DNA from: Actinomycetes bacterium
Lineage (GTDB): Bacteria > Actinomycetota > Acidimicrobiia > Acidimicrobiales > Ilumatobacteraceae
Direction of reading: 5' to 3'
Assembly: GCA_031360915.1 (NCBI GenBank)
Contig: JANMCE010000123.1
Coordinates: 3,168-67,167 of the forward strand
Length of the DNA: 64,000 nt
Shown: positions 37,111-49,234 of the stretch, piece after piece
How positions within the stretch are numbered: position 1 is the first letter of the stretch
How the letters are laid out: each line of letters starts with the position of its first letter
Position numbers and translations under genes: made by a program
Notes under the pieces: generated by a model
The model's input: the letters and a program-made list of their open reading frames with translations, nothing else
Database searches by the model: none
What the model was told of the DNA's origin: nothing

Positions 37111-37126
37111 AGGGTGGCCCACGCTG
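37111..37126. promoter_or_regulatory. 16-bp perfect palindrome acgctgctagcagcgt upstream of the USP gene
   Basis: It lies 18-33 nt upstream of ATG 37093 in a low-GC stretch. It is either an operator or a 5'-UTR hairpin. Confidence 0.4.
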
Positions 37127-37489
37127 CTAGCAGCGTTGAATGAGAACACATGATCCAATATTCATCTAGTATCCAGCGCCCGACAGGGCCGAAGGTCACG
37201 ACCCTCAATTCGGCAGAGCACATTCGACACGTTTCAGTTGCCTCCGGCGAGATCCAGACGATCGGCTGTATCGCATCGGTCGTGTTCGGATGAAGCTGCT
37301 CTCGAGGATCCGTTTGGGCTGCTGCCTCAACGAGGCGCAGGGTCACGCTTCGTCGCGCCGCTGGATCGACGGTTAGGAGCCGGCGACGATCAGACTCGAC
37401 GCAGACCTCCGACACTCAGGCCGTGCGTCGCGAGCAGCCAAGGCGATCGCTGGTGTCCGTCGACATTGACGGCGATCGCTTGGAAGCAG

Positions 37490-40222
<2,733 letters not shown>

Positions 40223-40301
40223 CTACGTAGTCTCGCCCTATCCAGGTCAACAACAATTTAGTCATTGCTGAACACGACTACCGGTGTTCACACCGTTCTG
40301 G

Positions 40302-40320
40302 TAGAGGCGGAGGTCCCAAT
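40302..40320 (+). promoter_or_regulatory. Recurring intergenic motif, copy 1 (TAGAGGCGGAGGTCCCAAT)
   Basis: Lies between the divergent ATPase and khtT-like genes. It matches copy 2 at 18 of 19 positions. The reverse complement contains TTGGGACC. Confidence 0.3.
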
Positions 40321-40485
40321 GCCCAGTCACCCCGCTATCGCGAGAGGACTTTCGACACTGGCGACAGTTGCATCACCGTCGAATATTGCTGCATGAATCC
40401 AGTGTCGCTGTTCAACTTATGGCTGCGGACATCCGAACCGGTAGCGGCCGGTTCGCTGTGTTCATGCGACTGTGCCCGGTGACCA

Positions 40486-40972
40486 GTGGTGGAGGTACAT
40501 GAGACCCAGCTACCCGGTGTCGGTATCCGTTACGAGTTCGTCACCGCCGCGGGCGACCGGTTGGGGGAATTGATCCACCGGCTCGGGCAACGTCACCTCC
40601 TCGTCTACAGCCAGCAGGACCCAGACGCCTGCATCGTCACGGCACGCCTCGAACTCGACGAGGCACGCACGTTGGCCGAGCTGTTCGGTGCTGCGACCGT
40701 AAGCGAGCAGGTTACCGCGATGCAACAACAGATCGCGGGCCTGACCATCGACTGGCTGCCCATCGACTCCTCATCGCCACTTGTTGGGGCGAGCCTCGCA
40801 ACGCGGCGATCCATACCCGCACTGGGGTGTCGGTGGTCGGGGTGATTCGAGGCGACCAGGCGTTCCCGGCGCCGACCGCCGAGTTTTGTTTCGAGGCGGC
40901 GACATCGCCGTATCAGTCGGCACCGTCGATGGCATCGCTCAGCTGACGGCGTTGGTTCGCCCCACCCGCTGA
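40486..40972 (+). pseudogene. KhtT-like (TrkA-C) antiporter regulatory subunit, two frameshifts
   Basis: The N-terminal part is intact (VEVHETQLPGVGIRYEF...). Homology then continues in a second frame (AAIHTRTGVSVVGVIRGDQAFPAPTAEFCFEA) and a third (GDIAVSVGTVDGIAQLTALV). The shifts lie near 40800 and 40895. Confidence 0.6.
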
Positions 40973-40983
40973 GGTCCCTCCAA

Positions 40984-41808
40984 ATGATCGCGACGATGTC
41001 TCAGGCTGGCGCGCTCGTCGAACTCGGCGCCGTGATTCTCGGCCTGGCAGTAGTCGCACGGTTCGCTCATCGTTTCGCGTTCAGTCCGATACCCGCCTAT
41101 CTCCTCGCCGGGCTTGCCGTACGGTCGAGGAAGGTCCCGTCCGTCTCGATCTCAGCGAGGACTTTGTTGCGTTCGGCGCGGAGATCGGGGTCGTCCTGCT
41201 GCTGCTGGCGTTGGGCCTACAGTACACCGCCGCCGATCTGCGCGTCGGGTTACGCAACAACCTCGCCACCGGCGTGCTCGACGCCGTGGCGAACTTCCTG
41301 CCCGGCTTCGCCGCCGGGCTGGTGTTGGGCTGGGGCGTGCGCACAGCGTTGGTACTCGGCGGCGTCACATACATCTCGTCGTCAGCGATCATCGCGAAAT
41401 CACTCGACGACCTCGAGCGGCTCGGCAACCGCGAGTCGGCGACAGTGCTGTCGATCCTTGTGCTGGAAGACCTCGCGATGGCCGGCTACCTGCCGATCAT
41501 GGCCGCACTCCTCGCCGGCGCATCAGTGCTCGCCACCGGGTTGTCGCTCACTTTGGCCGCAGTGACCGTACCGCGGCAACCAAGATCGCGACGGGCTGGT
41601 GGGCCGCCCAACGCGCAGGGGTCAGTAGCCGTGGACGCGTCCGGGTAGGGCTGGCGCTGGTCGCCCGCGGCGAGTTCTCGGTAATCGCCGACCTCGGAAT
41701 CGCTGCCGGGATCGAGCCACGCCTGGGCTGGCCGCAGGCTACGTGTTGATCCTCGCGATAGCGGGGCCGTTGCTCATGCGCTGGTCGCCGACACCGGAGC
41801 GCCAATGA
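40984..41808 (+). pseudogene. CPA2-type cation:proton antiporter, multiply frameshifted and shortened
   Basis: Homologous segments lie in three frames: MIATMSQAGALVELGAVILGLAVV...AYLLAGLA; GAEIGVVLLLLALGLQYTAADL...SILVLEDLAMAGYLPIM; RVGLALVARGEFSVIADLGIAAG. The total length is far below a normal ~390-aa antiporter. Confidence 0.55.
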
Positions 41809-41947
41809 TCCTTCGATGACCGACAACACAGCTGTGGGCACCAAACCCGAAATGCTGGGACGTTCGGCCCTACACCTGAAGTGACCTTCAAGTGACTATT
41901 GGAAAGGGCCTGCCACTGCGGACCCGGACTGCACGTAGAGGAAAGTC

Positions 41948-43198
41948 ATGGACGAGAGCATCAGGCTTGGCCGAATCGCCGGCGTCACTATTGGTTTGAA
42001 CTGGAGTGTGCTGCTGATCGCATGGTTGTTGAGCTGGAGTCTGGCCAGTCACCGATTGCCGACGTCGCACCCAGGGCACACCACCGGGGTGTACTGGACC
42101 GCTGGCGTCGTCACCGCGCTCGTGTTCTTCATGTCTCTGCTCGCCCATGAGATGGGCCACGCCCTCGTGGCTCGCCGACACGGAGTTCGCGTTGAGGGCA
42201 TCACATTGTGGTTGTTCGGCGGTGTCGCCAAACTCGGCGGTGAAGCCGCCACCCCTGCCGCCGAATTCCGAATTGCGGCCGTCGGACCTGCGGTCAGCCT
42301 GGCGTTGGCTGGCCTGTTCGGGGGCAGCGCCGTGCTGTTCGATGCGGTCTCGGCCCCATCGCTGATGGTGGGCGCCGCCACATGGCTCGCGACGATCAAC
42401 CTGATGCTCGCCGTGTTCAACCTGATTCCGGCGGCCCCGCTCGACGGCGGCCGGGTTCTGCGGGCGTTGCTGTGGCGGCGTTCGGGTAACCGAATGAAAG
42501 CAACCGTGACCGCTGCGAACGCCGGCCGGTTCTTCGGTTACCTGCTCATCGTCCTTGGTGTCGTGGAGTTCGCCGCAGGCGCCAGCATCGGTGGCCTTTG
42601 GTTTGTGTTCCTCGGCTGGTTCCTGTTGAACGCGGCTAACGCCGAACGAGTTCATGCCGTCATGACCGACGCCCTCACCGGCGTCCGTGTCCGCGACGTG
42701 ATGACCGCCGATCCGAGTGTCGTGTCCGAGTCCCTGACTGTTGACGAGTTCCTCAACGACCACGTCATGAACCATCGCTGGTCGACGTTCCCGACTACTA
42801 ACTCTGGCGGTGCGATCACCGGGCTCGTCACCCTGGGCCAAGTCAAGGCTGTACCCGCGTTGCTGCGAGTCACGACACACGTGCGAGACATTGCCTGCCC
42901 GATCGGGCAGACCGCCGTGGCAAGCCCGGGCGATGCCGTGACCGACCTGATCGAACGGCTCTCCACGTGTTCGGACCGTCGCTCCCTCGTGTTCGACGGG
43001 ACCGGCTCGTCGGCATCGTGTCACCCACCGACATCAACCGAGCAGTCGAACTTTCCGTGCTCCACACCACCAGGTGACCCGTCATGCCGAACTCCACTGA
43101 TCACACCTTCGCGTTCGCCGATGTCGGCTCTCCAGCCTGTGACGTCGCATGGCTGTGGATCTGCTACCACCGGTGGGCCCGGTGGCATCTCGACGTGA
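41948..43198 (+). CDS. M50 (site-2 protease) family metalloprotease with a CBS pair; C-terminal frameshift
   Basis: LLAHEMGHALVARRHG (HExxH) and NLIPAAPLDGGRVL, followed by CBS-type segments. After ...SLVFDG the homologous tail DRLVGIVSPTDINRAVELSVLHTTR-TGA is in another frame and ends at 43077, 6 nt before the next ATG. Confidence 0.8.
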   Translation: MDESIRLGRIAGVTIGLNWSVLLIAWLLSWSLASHRLPTSHPGHTTGVYWTAGVVTALVFFMSLLAHEMGHALVARRHGVRVEGITLWLFGGVAKLGGEAATPAAEFRIAAVGPAVSLALAGLFGGSAVLFDAVSAPSLMVGAATWLATINLMLAVFNLIPAAPLDGGRVLRALLWRRSGNRMKATVTAANAGRFFGYLLIVLGVVEFAAGASIGGLWFVFLGWFLLNAANAERVHAVMTDALTGVRVRDVMTADPSVVSESLTVDEFLNDHVMNHRWSTFPTTNSGGAITGLVTLGQVKAVPALLRVTTHVRDIACPIGQTAVASPGDAVTDLIERLSTCSDRRSLVFDGTGSSASCHPPTSTEQSNFPCSTPPGDPSCRTPLITPSRSPMSALQPVTSHGCGSATTGGPGGIST

Positions 43199-43874
43199 TG
43201 ACTGCGCTTACGCCCGAGTTCCCTATCGTCTCGATCCAGAGCGCGACCGGCTCGAAGCGTGAAACCCACCGCACCAACGGGTCGCGTTGTCCGAGGCCGA
43301 ACTCGGCAAGGTACGCCAACTGTCGGCTCGCACCGACCCAAGAGATACGGTCGATCGCCGTCGCGAAGCCGAGCTAGTGGTCGTGGCGCCGCATGGCGTC
43401 AGCCAGCTGCATCAACTACTGATGGGTAGCACCACCGACTGGCTGTTGCGCTACTCGCCGATTCCGCTGGTCGTGGTTCGCTCGGCCACACCCACCAGAC
43501 GGGTTCTCGTCTGCGATGACGGCAGCGACCACGCCCGCCATGCCGTCGATCGGCTCGGGCAGCTGCCGTGGATTCCCGACACCGACATCAGAGTGCTCAC
43601 CGTCGACGAGGTCATGTCAGGGCACGAACCGAACGTCACTGCCGAACAGCTCCGCGCCCGAGGAGCCCATGTGACCGTCGAGTACCGGCAGGGCAAGCCC
43701 ACCGACACGATCCTCGAAGAAATCGAACGACTCGAACCGCAGCTCGTGCTTCTCGGTACACGCGGACTGACCGGCTGGAAACGCGTTCGGCTCGGCTAGA
43801 CGGCAGGGACGATCACACGGGTGGCACCGTGCTCGGTGTTCGTCGCCGGCCTACCCGACGACGACCCCAGATAG
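43084..43874 (+). pseudogene. Tandem USP paralogue of 36290-37093 with one frameshift and an in-frame TAG
   Basis: The N-terminus (ACDVAWLWICYHRWARWHLDVMTALTPEF) parallels the intact paralogue. The frame changes near 43250. RVRLG-TAG(43797-43799)-TAGTITRVAPCSVFVA sits where the paralogue has RLGSTAS. Confidence 0.6.
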
Positions 43875-43901
43875 CCCCCGCGACGACCCGTCCGGCTCGG
43901 C

Positions 43902-45368
43902 TCAGGCGAGGCGGACACGTTCGAGATGCCGGGGGACGACCGCTTCCCAGTCGAGACGGTCCTCGATCGCGTCATGAAGCGCACTCGACGCGGCCGGCTC
44001 ACCGTGAACGAGATAGGTGATGTCAGGTGGCCGGGTGGCCGAGCCGAGCCAGCTGACCAGCTCGTCGTGATCGGCATGGACGGAGAAGCTGGGAATGTCG
44101 ATGACCTCGGCATGCACTCGCACGTAGCTGCCGAACATCTTGATTTCCGGCTGCCCGTCGGCCAACAGGCGGCCTCTCGTACCAGCCGCCTGGAACCCGA
44201 CCAGGATCACCGTGTTGCGACGATCGGGCAACAGTCGGGCAAGGTGATGAAGCACCCGGCCACCTGTCGCCATGCCCGAAGCCGACACGATGATCGCCGG
44301 GAACCGAACATTCGCAATCGCTTTAGAGTCCTGTACGTTGCGTACTTCGATCAGCTGGCCGGTGTCGAACGGGTCGTCGTGATCGTGCCACTCGGGCTGC
44401 ACATCGGCGGCACCACCGCGGATTGCATCGCGGTAAACGCCGAGCGCTTGCAACGCCATCGGGCTGTCCACGTACACCGGAAGCTGCGGGATCTCACCTG
44501 TCTGCATCAGCTCGCGTAGGTGGAACAGCACCACCTCGGTTCGGTCCACCGCGAACGCGGGGATGAGCACGCTGCCACCCCGGGCAGCCGTTCGGGTGAT
44601 CGCGTCGCGGAGTCGGTCCAACGCGCCCGTGTCGTCGTGCAGGCGACTACCGTAGGTCGATTCCATCACGACCACATCCGCACCGTCGGGCGGCGCCGGT
44701 GGCACCAGCAACGGATGGTTCGCCCGGCCGAGATCACCGCTGAACAGCACCGTCCGGCCGCTCTCGATGAGCCGGACGGCTGCCGTCGCCGAACCCAAGA
44801 TGTGACCTGACGGTCGCAGCTGGACCTCGATGCCCGAGGCGAGCGCGACCCATTCGTTGTACGGGTGGGCGTCGATCTGGTCGAGGGCGCGGACGGCGTC
44901 GGCTTCGGTGTATAGCGGCAGTGCCGGGTGGTGCTTGGAGAACCCCATCCGGTTCGCATATTCGGCCTCCTCCTCCTGCAGGTGCCCACTGTCGGGGAGC
45001 ACGATCGCCGCCAGGCGGGCGGTGCTGTCCGTGCACACCACCCGCCCACGGAAACCTTCCTGGCACAGCCGTGGCAGGTAGCCGATGTGGTCGATGTGGG
45101 CGTGGGTGACCACCACCGCGTCGATCGACGCCGGGTCAAGCGGAAACGGTGCCCAGTTCCGCAGCCGCAACTCCTTCAAGCCCTGAAACAGACCACAATC
45201 GACCAGGACCCGGGCGTCGGGCGTGTCGATCAGGAAGCGGCTGCCCGTCACCGTGCCCGCCGCACCGAGGAAACTGAGCATCGGCACCACCGGACGAGGC
45301 CACTTAGGATACGACACCTCCTCCACGATCTCCTCGTAGCTTGTTCTGGCTGACTTCGCTCGGCTCAT
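43902..45368 (-). CDS. MBL-fold beta-CASP family hydrolase (RNase J/CPSF-like)
   Basis: VVVTHAHIDHIGYLPRL (HxHxDH), with downstream beta-CASP and RNA-specificity-type regions, ending ...YLVHGEP. Confidence 0.85.
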   Translation of the reverse strand: MSRAKSARTSYEEIVEEVSYPKWPRPVVPMLSFLGAAGTVTGSRFLIDTPDARVLVDCGLFQGLKELRLRNWAPFPLDPASIDAVVVTHAHIDHIGYLPRLCQEGFRGRVVCTDSTARLAAIVLPDSGHLQEEEAEYANRMGFSKHHPALPLYTEADAVRALDQIDAHPYNEWVALASGIEVQLRPSGHILGSATAAVRLIESGRTVLFSGDLGRANHPLLVPPAPPDGADVVVMESTYGSRLHDDTGALDRLRDAITRTAARGGSVLIPAFAVDRTEVVLFHLRELMQTGEIPQLPVYVDSPMALQALGVYRDAIRGGAADVQPEWHDHDDPFDTGQLIEVRNVQDSKAIANVRFPAIIVSASGMATGGRVLHHLARLLPDRRNTVILVGFQAAGTRGRLLADGQPEIKMFGSYVRVHAEVIDIPSFSVHADHDELVSWLGSATRPPDITYLVHGEPAASSALHDAIEDRLDWEAVVPRHLERVRLA

Positions 45369-45823
45369 CGTTCCTCCTCAGGTGACGCATCGACTCGATG
45401 TCGATCGGGTAGCGGGACGATCACAACGGGGCAGTCGCTGTATTGACCCAGATAGCTGGCGGCGCTACCCATGAGTAAGACCTCAAGAGGCCCGGCCCCC
45501 GGGCGCCCAGCACGATCATGCACCCATTGCTCTGACGAGCCACTTGCTTGAGCAACACACGCAGATCGAGTGCGGTGACCACCGTTCGACACGCGGATCC
45601 CAGCCGTTGCAAGACATGTGAACATCCCACCAAGCGAAGCGTTCTTGCCGCCGACAGTCGCTACGTCGGCTGCGGTCAACTCACCGAACCACTTGATCAT
45701 CGGTGCCGAGGAGAAGGACTGCGAGCGTTCTGTCATGACCCATGCTCGATGCTGGCGTGATGCTGCAATAGAGCCGGAGGTCCCAATAGTAGAAGCCATC
45801 ATCCGGTAAACCGATGCTTGCAA
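45365..45823 (-). pseudogene. Chimeric remnant: PEP synthase N-terminus joined to a USP C-terminus
   Basis: IKWFGELTAADVATVGGKNASLGGMF..LATAGIRV is a PpsA N-terminal signature. LLMGSAASYLGQYSDCPVVIVP is a USP C-terminus, and the preceding USP segment (CMIVLGARGPG) is in another frame. Confidence 0.45.
45769..45787 (+). promoter_or_regulatory. Recurring intergenic motif, copy 2 (TAGAGCCGGAGGTCCCAAT)
   Basis: Lies upstream of the USP gene at 46038. It matches copy 1 at 18 of 19 positions. Confidence 0.3.
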
Positions 45824-45872
45824 AGCTCCCGCGTGTACATCATGCAGAAGATGAGCCTAACGGCCAGAATGC

Positions 45873-45890
45873 TAGAAGCTGAGGTCCAAA
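45873..45890 (+). promoter_or_regulatory. Recurring intergenic motif, copy 3, degenerate (TAGAAGCTGAGGTCCAAA)
   Basis: About 150 nt upstream of ATG 46038, in the same orientation as copies 1 and 2. Confidence 0.2.
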
Positions 45891-46037
45891 GACCCTTCAA
45901 CAATTGGTGGCGACTGCACACACTTTGAATCGTGAACCAGGTAACGAAACGACGCATCTCACCAGCCTTCGCGGTGGTTTATGTCCGCTCGTTGCACGCC
46001 GAGTCATCGGTCCGGGCATCAAGCGTGCGAGGTCGCG

Positions 46038-46868
46038 ATGGGTTCTGATCTGGGCAGCTGGCGTGGGGTGTTGGTGCCACTCGACGGCTCCGAGACCGCC
46101 GCACGAGCGCTTCATCCGGGGAACGCCCTCGCTTCCTCGATGGGGGTGCCGCTCTACACGATCGGCGTGGTCGACCAAACGGCTGGTGTTGAGTCGGCCG
46201 AACGTCGCATGAGAAAACAACTCGACGACCTCTCCATCCAGACAGCGGGCGGTCACGTCGTCGCTGATGCTTCCGCCATCCATGCCATCGGGGTCGACGC
46301 GACCTCACGAGGTCTGCTGGTGTGCATGGCATCGCACGGACACGGCCGCATCGCTGGTGTGGTGTTGGGGAGCGTGGCGACCGGAGTGGTCAGCCAACTG
46401 GACGAACCGGTCGTGGTGATTGGCCCGAAGGCCACGCAGGGGGAAGATCAGGTCCGGTTGGTCTACGTCTGCGTCGACGGCAGCCCGGCAACCGAAGCAA
46501 TTCTGCCCGCCGCAGTCGCTCTCGCCGAACGCACCGATGCCACCATCCGCCTGGTGAGTGTGGTTCGGCCGACGACGACCGTGTTCGACCTCTTCGAGGA
46601 CTCCGCCGAACCCGTGCCAGCTGATCGCTACTCGTACCTCGCTCAGCTTGCGGCATCATCGCAGACCGAGCAAACGGTCAACCACCAGGTCATAAAGGCC
46701 CGGTCGGTCGCCTCGACGATCATCGACTTGGTTCGTTCGGAGCCGGGGGCAGTCGTCGCCTTGACCAGCCATGCCCGGCACGGCCTGGGCCAGCTCATGC
46801 TTGGGAGCGTCGCTGGTCGGATCGTCAGCGACAGCCCTTTCCCGGTCATGCTCCTGCACAGTCGATAG
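46038..46868 (+). CDS. Tandem-domain universal stress protein
   Basis: MGSDLGSWRGVLVPLDGSE...; second domain LVYVCVDGSPATEAILP...ALTSHARHGLGQLMLGSVAGRIVSDSPFPVMLL. TAG stop. Confidence 0.9.
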   Translation: MGSDLGSWRGVLVPLDGSETAARALHPGNALASSMGVPLYTIGVVDQTAGVESAERRMRKQLDDLSIQTAGGHVVADASAIHAIGVDATSRGLLVCMASHGHGRIAGVVLGSVATGVVSQLDEPVVVIGPKATQGEDQVRLVYVCVDGSPATEAILPAAVALAERTDATIRLVSVVRPTTTVFDLFEDSAEPVPADRYSYLAQLAASSQTEQTVNHQVIKARSVASTIIDLVRSEPGAVVALTSHARHGLGQLMLGSVAGRIVSDSPFPVMLLHSR

Positions 46869-47016
46869 CAAACCGCAAATTCGCAGCGTTCGTTGCGAAC
46901 GTCGCCGTCGAACAAGACCCCAAGGTCGTCAGACAAGAAGGCCCGGAGGTAACCGCCGGAACGCAGCTTCTCACCAGCGGCAACACCGGCCGCAGCGGTA
47001 CCCCACCTCCACCTAG

Positions 47017-47270
47017 TCAGAGCCAGTCACGTTTGCGGAACAGCATGTAGAGCGCGGACGACACGACCACGATGAGGACGCCGGACAGGGGCGACACCCC
47101 ATTGTTCCCCGGAGCCGGGGTAGGGGACGTTCATGCCGTAGTAGCCGGTGATCAAGGTGGGCACGGCAATGATCGCCGCCCAACTTGTGACCTTCTTCAT
47201 TACCTGGTTCTGCCGATAGTCGCGCAAACTCAAGTTGGTCTCCACGATCGTGCTGACGCCGTTACAGCTT
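47017..47270 (-). pseudogene. corA: C-terminal fragment of a CorA Mg2+/Co2+ transporter, frameshifted
   Basis: NQVMKKVTSWAAIIAVPTLITGYYGMNVPYPG carries the GMN motif. The last TM helix (LSGVLIVVVSSALYMLFRKRDWL-TGA) is in another frame. The N-terminal cytoplasmic domain is absent. Confidence 0.6.
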
Positions 47271-47309
47271 CGCGGCTGAACTCAGGAGCGACGTGCATCG
47301 GAGTCATCG

Positions 47310-48062
47310 TCAAAAGGTCCGCGGCGCTATACCCGGTCTGCTTGACTCCTCCGCTGTTGACCTAGAGGAATCGGAACGACTCGGCCGAGAGAACCTACAC
47401 ACCCTCATGGGTCGCGATGATCGCAGCCTGGATCCGCGTCCCGTGTGCGTCGGCGGCCACTCGGTCACTAACGTTTCGACGCACGCGACGACGGCCGAGC
47501 CGTCGCGATCGCTGATCAGGCTTAGACTGATCTCAACCGGAAACTCGGTCCCGTCCCGCCGATTGGCTCGCAGATTCAGCCCTATGCCCATGGATCGGAT
47601 CTCGTGCCCCGCCTGGTAGCGCAAACGATGAGCGCTGTGCACCTTGCGGAACCGCTCGGGCAAGAGCAGCTCCACACCCCGACCTAGCAGCTCGGCGCGG
47701 TCGTATCCGAACATCGTCTCGATCTGATGATTCACCATCATGATGCGCCCACTGTCGTCGATCATCAGAAGTCCGTCGGGCGCCGACTCGACGGCACGAC
47801 GCAACCGATCTTCCGAGATGTCAACCATCGGGCCAATGTCACCAGCATGAAGTGTTGAGCGCCCAGCGATTGAGTCACCGGCGTCATTGACGTACGGAAG
47901 CACCTTCCGGGTATCCACGTCGCCAAGCCTCTCACACGCCATAGACAGGTCTGCGCGAGGTCGGTTGCTCCTTTCCGCCTGCCCGTCGCATTTCTCCACG
48001 ACCAGTGAAGACCAAGGCTCACTGGGTGACTCAGCCACGGGATCCATGCAACCGTTGTTCAC
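47310..48062 (-). CDS. PAS-domain sensor protein, apparently truncated or frameshifted after the PAS domain
   Basis: PAS core RLRRAVESAPDGLLMIDDSGRIMMVNHQIETMFGYDRAELLGRGVELLLPERF...RRDGTEFPVEISLS. The expected RDVSDRVAA continuation is in another frame near 47480, and there is no output domain. Confidence 0.6.
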   Translation of the reverse strand: MNNGCMDPVAESPSEPWSSLVVEKCDGQAERSNRPRADLSMACERLGDVDTRKVLPYVNDAGDSIAGRSTLHAGDIGPMVDISEDRLRRAVESAPDGLLMIDDSGRIMMVNHQIETMFGYDRAELLGRGVELLLPERFRKVHSAHRLRYQAGHEIRSMGIGLNLRANRRDGTEFPVEISLSLISDRDGSAVVACVETLVTEWPPTHTGRGSRLRSSRPMRVCRFSRPSRSDSSRSTAEESSRPGIAPRTF

Positions 48063-48090
48063 TTCACTTCACTTCACTTCACTTCACTTC
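48058..48090. repeat. Pentanucleotide microsatellite (TTCAC)6.6 / (GAAGT)n
   Basis: ttcac ttcac ttcac ttcac ttcac ttcac ttc is perfect. It contains the TerC stop codon and the putative GTG start of the PAS ORF. Confidence 0.95.
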
Positions 48091-49101
48091 GCCGGGTGGG
48101 CGCGTTTTCGCGACATCGCGCTCGGTGAGCTGGGTTGCTGTTGCCGCGATTTCACTCCGGTTGTGGCGGATGCTCAGCGTTGTCGCAGCGATGAGCATGA
48201 CGGTGATCACAGCCAACGAAAGATAGGTGTCGATGTGAATCCAGTGCGAGACACTCATCTTCAACCCGACGAACACGAGGATGCCGCCAAGCGCGTGACT
48301 AAGGTAGTGGAACTTCTCGCGTGCGCCAGCGAGCAGGAAGTACATCGCTCGGAGCCCGAGGATCGCGAAGGCGTTGGATGCAAAGACCAGGAATGGTTCG
48401 TGCGAGACGGCCAAAATAGCCGGGACGGAGTCGACAGCGAAGATAACGTCGGTCAGTTCAACGACCACGAGGGCGGCGAAGAGTGGTGAGGCGGCGCGTT
48501 TCCCGTTGATGCGTGTGAAGAAGCGGTGACCGTCGAAGGTGTCGCTCACCGGCATTACTCGCCGTAGAAGGCCCAACCCGCGAGTCACCTCCTCGGTTCC
48601 CTCGTCGGCGCGGTGGCGTAGCACTTTGATTCCGGTGTAGACGAGGAAGACACCGAACACGATCAGCAGCCACCAGAAACTCGCGATGAGTGCCGTGCCC
48701 GCGAAAATGAACACGGCTCGCAGGGTGAGCGCACCAAATATTCCCCAGAATAGGACGCGATGCTGATATTTGATTGGGATCGCTAAGCTCGTGAAGAGCA
48801 TCGCCCAGACAAATACGTTGTCGACGCTGAGTGACTTCTCGATGAAGTAGCCACTGATGTACTCACCGAACGCCGGACCGCCTAACGCCACGGCGACGAC
48901 GGCACCGAACGACAAGCCGCACACCACCCAAATCGATGACTCGCGTAGAGCGTCACGCATCGTCGGTTCGTGGTCGTCGTCATGGCGCAACAAATCGACG
49001 GCGAGCATCACACCGATGACAGCGGCCAGGGCGACCCACGCCCATCCCGGCACATTGAGATCGACGAAGTCCGTGCGGCCTTGCGCCACGGCGAGAGTCA
49101 T
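48079..49101 (-). CDS. TerC/Alx family integral membrane protein
   Basis: FIEKSLSVDNVFVWAMLF and DVIFAVDSVPAILAVSHEPFLVFASNAFAILGLRAMYFLL are TerC hallmark repeats. Confidence 0.9.
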   Translation of the reverse strand: MTLAVAQGRTDFVDLNVPGWAWVALAAVIGVMLAVDLLRHDDDHEPTMRDALRESSIWVVCGLSFGAVVAVALGGPAFGEYISGYFIEKSLSVDNVFVWAMLFTSLAIPIKYQHRVLFWGIFGALTLRAVFIFAGTALIASFWWLLIVFGVFLVYTGIKVLRHRADEGTEEVTRGLGLLRRVMPVSDTFDGHRFFTRINGKRAASPLFAALVVVELTDVIFAVDSVPAILAVSHEPFLVFASNAFAILGLRAMYFLLAGAREKFHYLSHALGGILVFVGLKMSVSHWIHIDTYLSLAVITVMLIAATTLSIRHNRSEIAATATQLTERDVAKTRPPGEVK

Positions 49102-49234
49102 CGCTTCGAACCTGAGCCGCGAAGCATCAATTGCTTGTCAGCCCAAGACACACGAGCTTGAAGTTGTTCAAACAATCTGTTTTCTTGCCACGTGGGTCGG
49201 GAGGTGAAGGTCTTGACTCGTCCGACGCCGGTCA

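Noticed and set aside
37065-37415. 116-aa ORF between the ATPase and USP genes
   Set aside because: Its 3' third runs through the AT-rich promoter, palindrome and RBS of the USP gene and overlaps that gene's start. It has no motifs. It may be a non-coding intergenic or regulatory region.
40319-40396. 25-codon ORF (MPSHPAIARGLSTLATVASPSNIAA) starting inside motif copy 1, with GGAGG 6 nt upstream
   Set aside because: The equivalent position of motif copy 2 has no ATG and contains stop codons, so the GGAGG is more likely part of a DNA motif than a ribosome-binding site.
41888-43024. 378-aa ORF antisense to the M50 protease gene
   Set aside because: It is a shadow ORF. The opposite strand carries HExxH and CBS motifs, and this frame has no motifs and an Arg/Gly/Glu-rich composition.
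49102-49234. yybP-ykoY (Mn2+) riboswitch upstream of the TerC gene
   Set aside because: TerC/Alx genes often carry this riboswitch. Here I found only a CAAGACC-like fragment and no GGGGAGUAG or UUGACA core elements in the correct order. The TTGTTTGAACAA palindrome in this region is more likely a protein operator.
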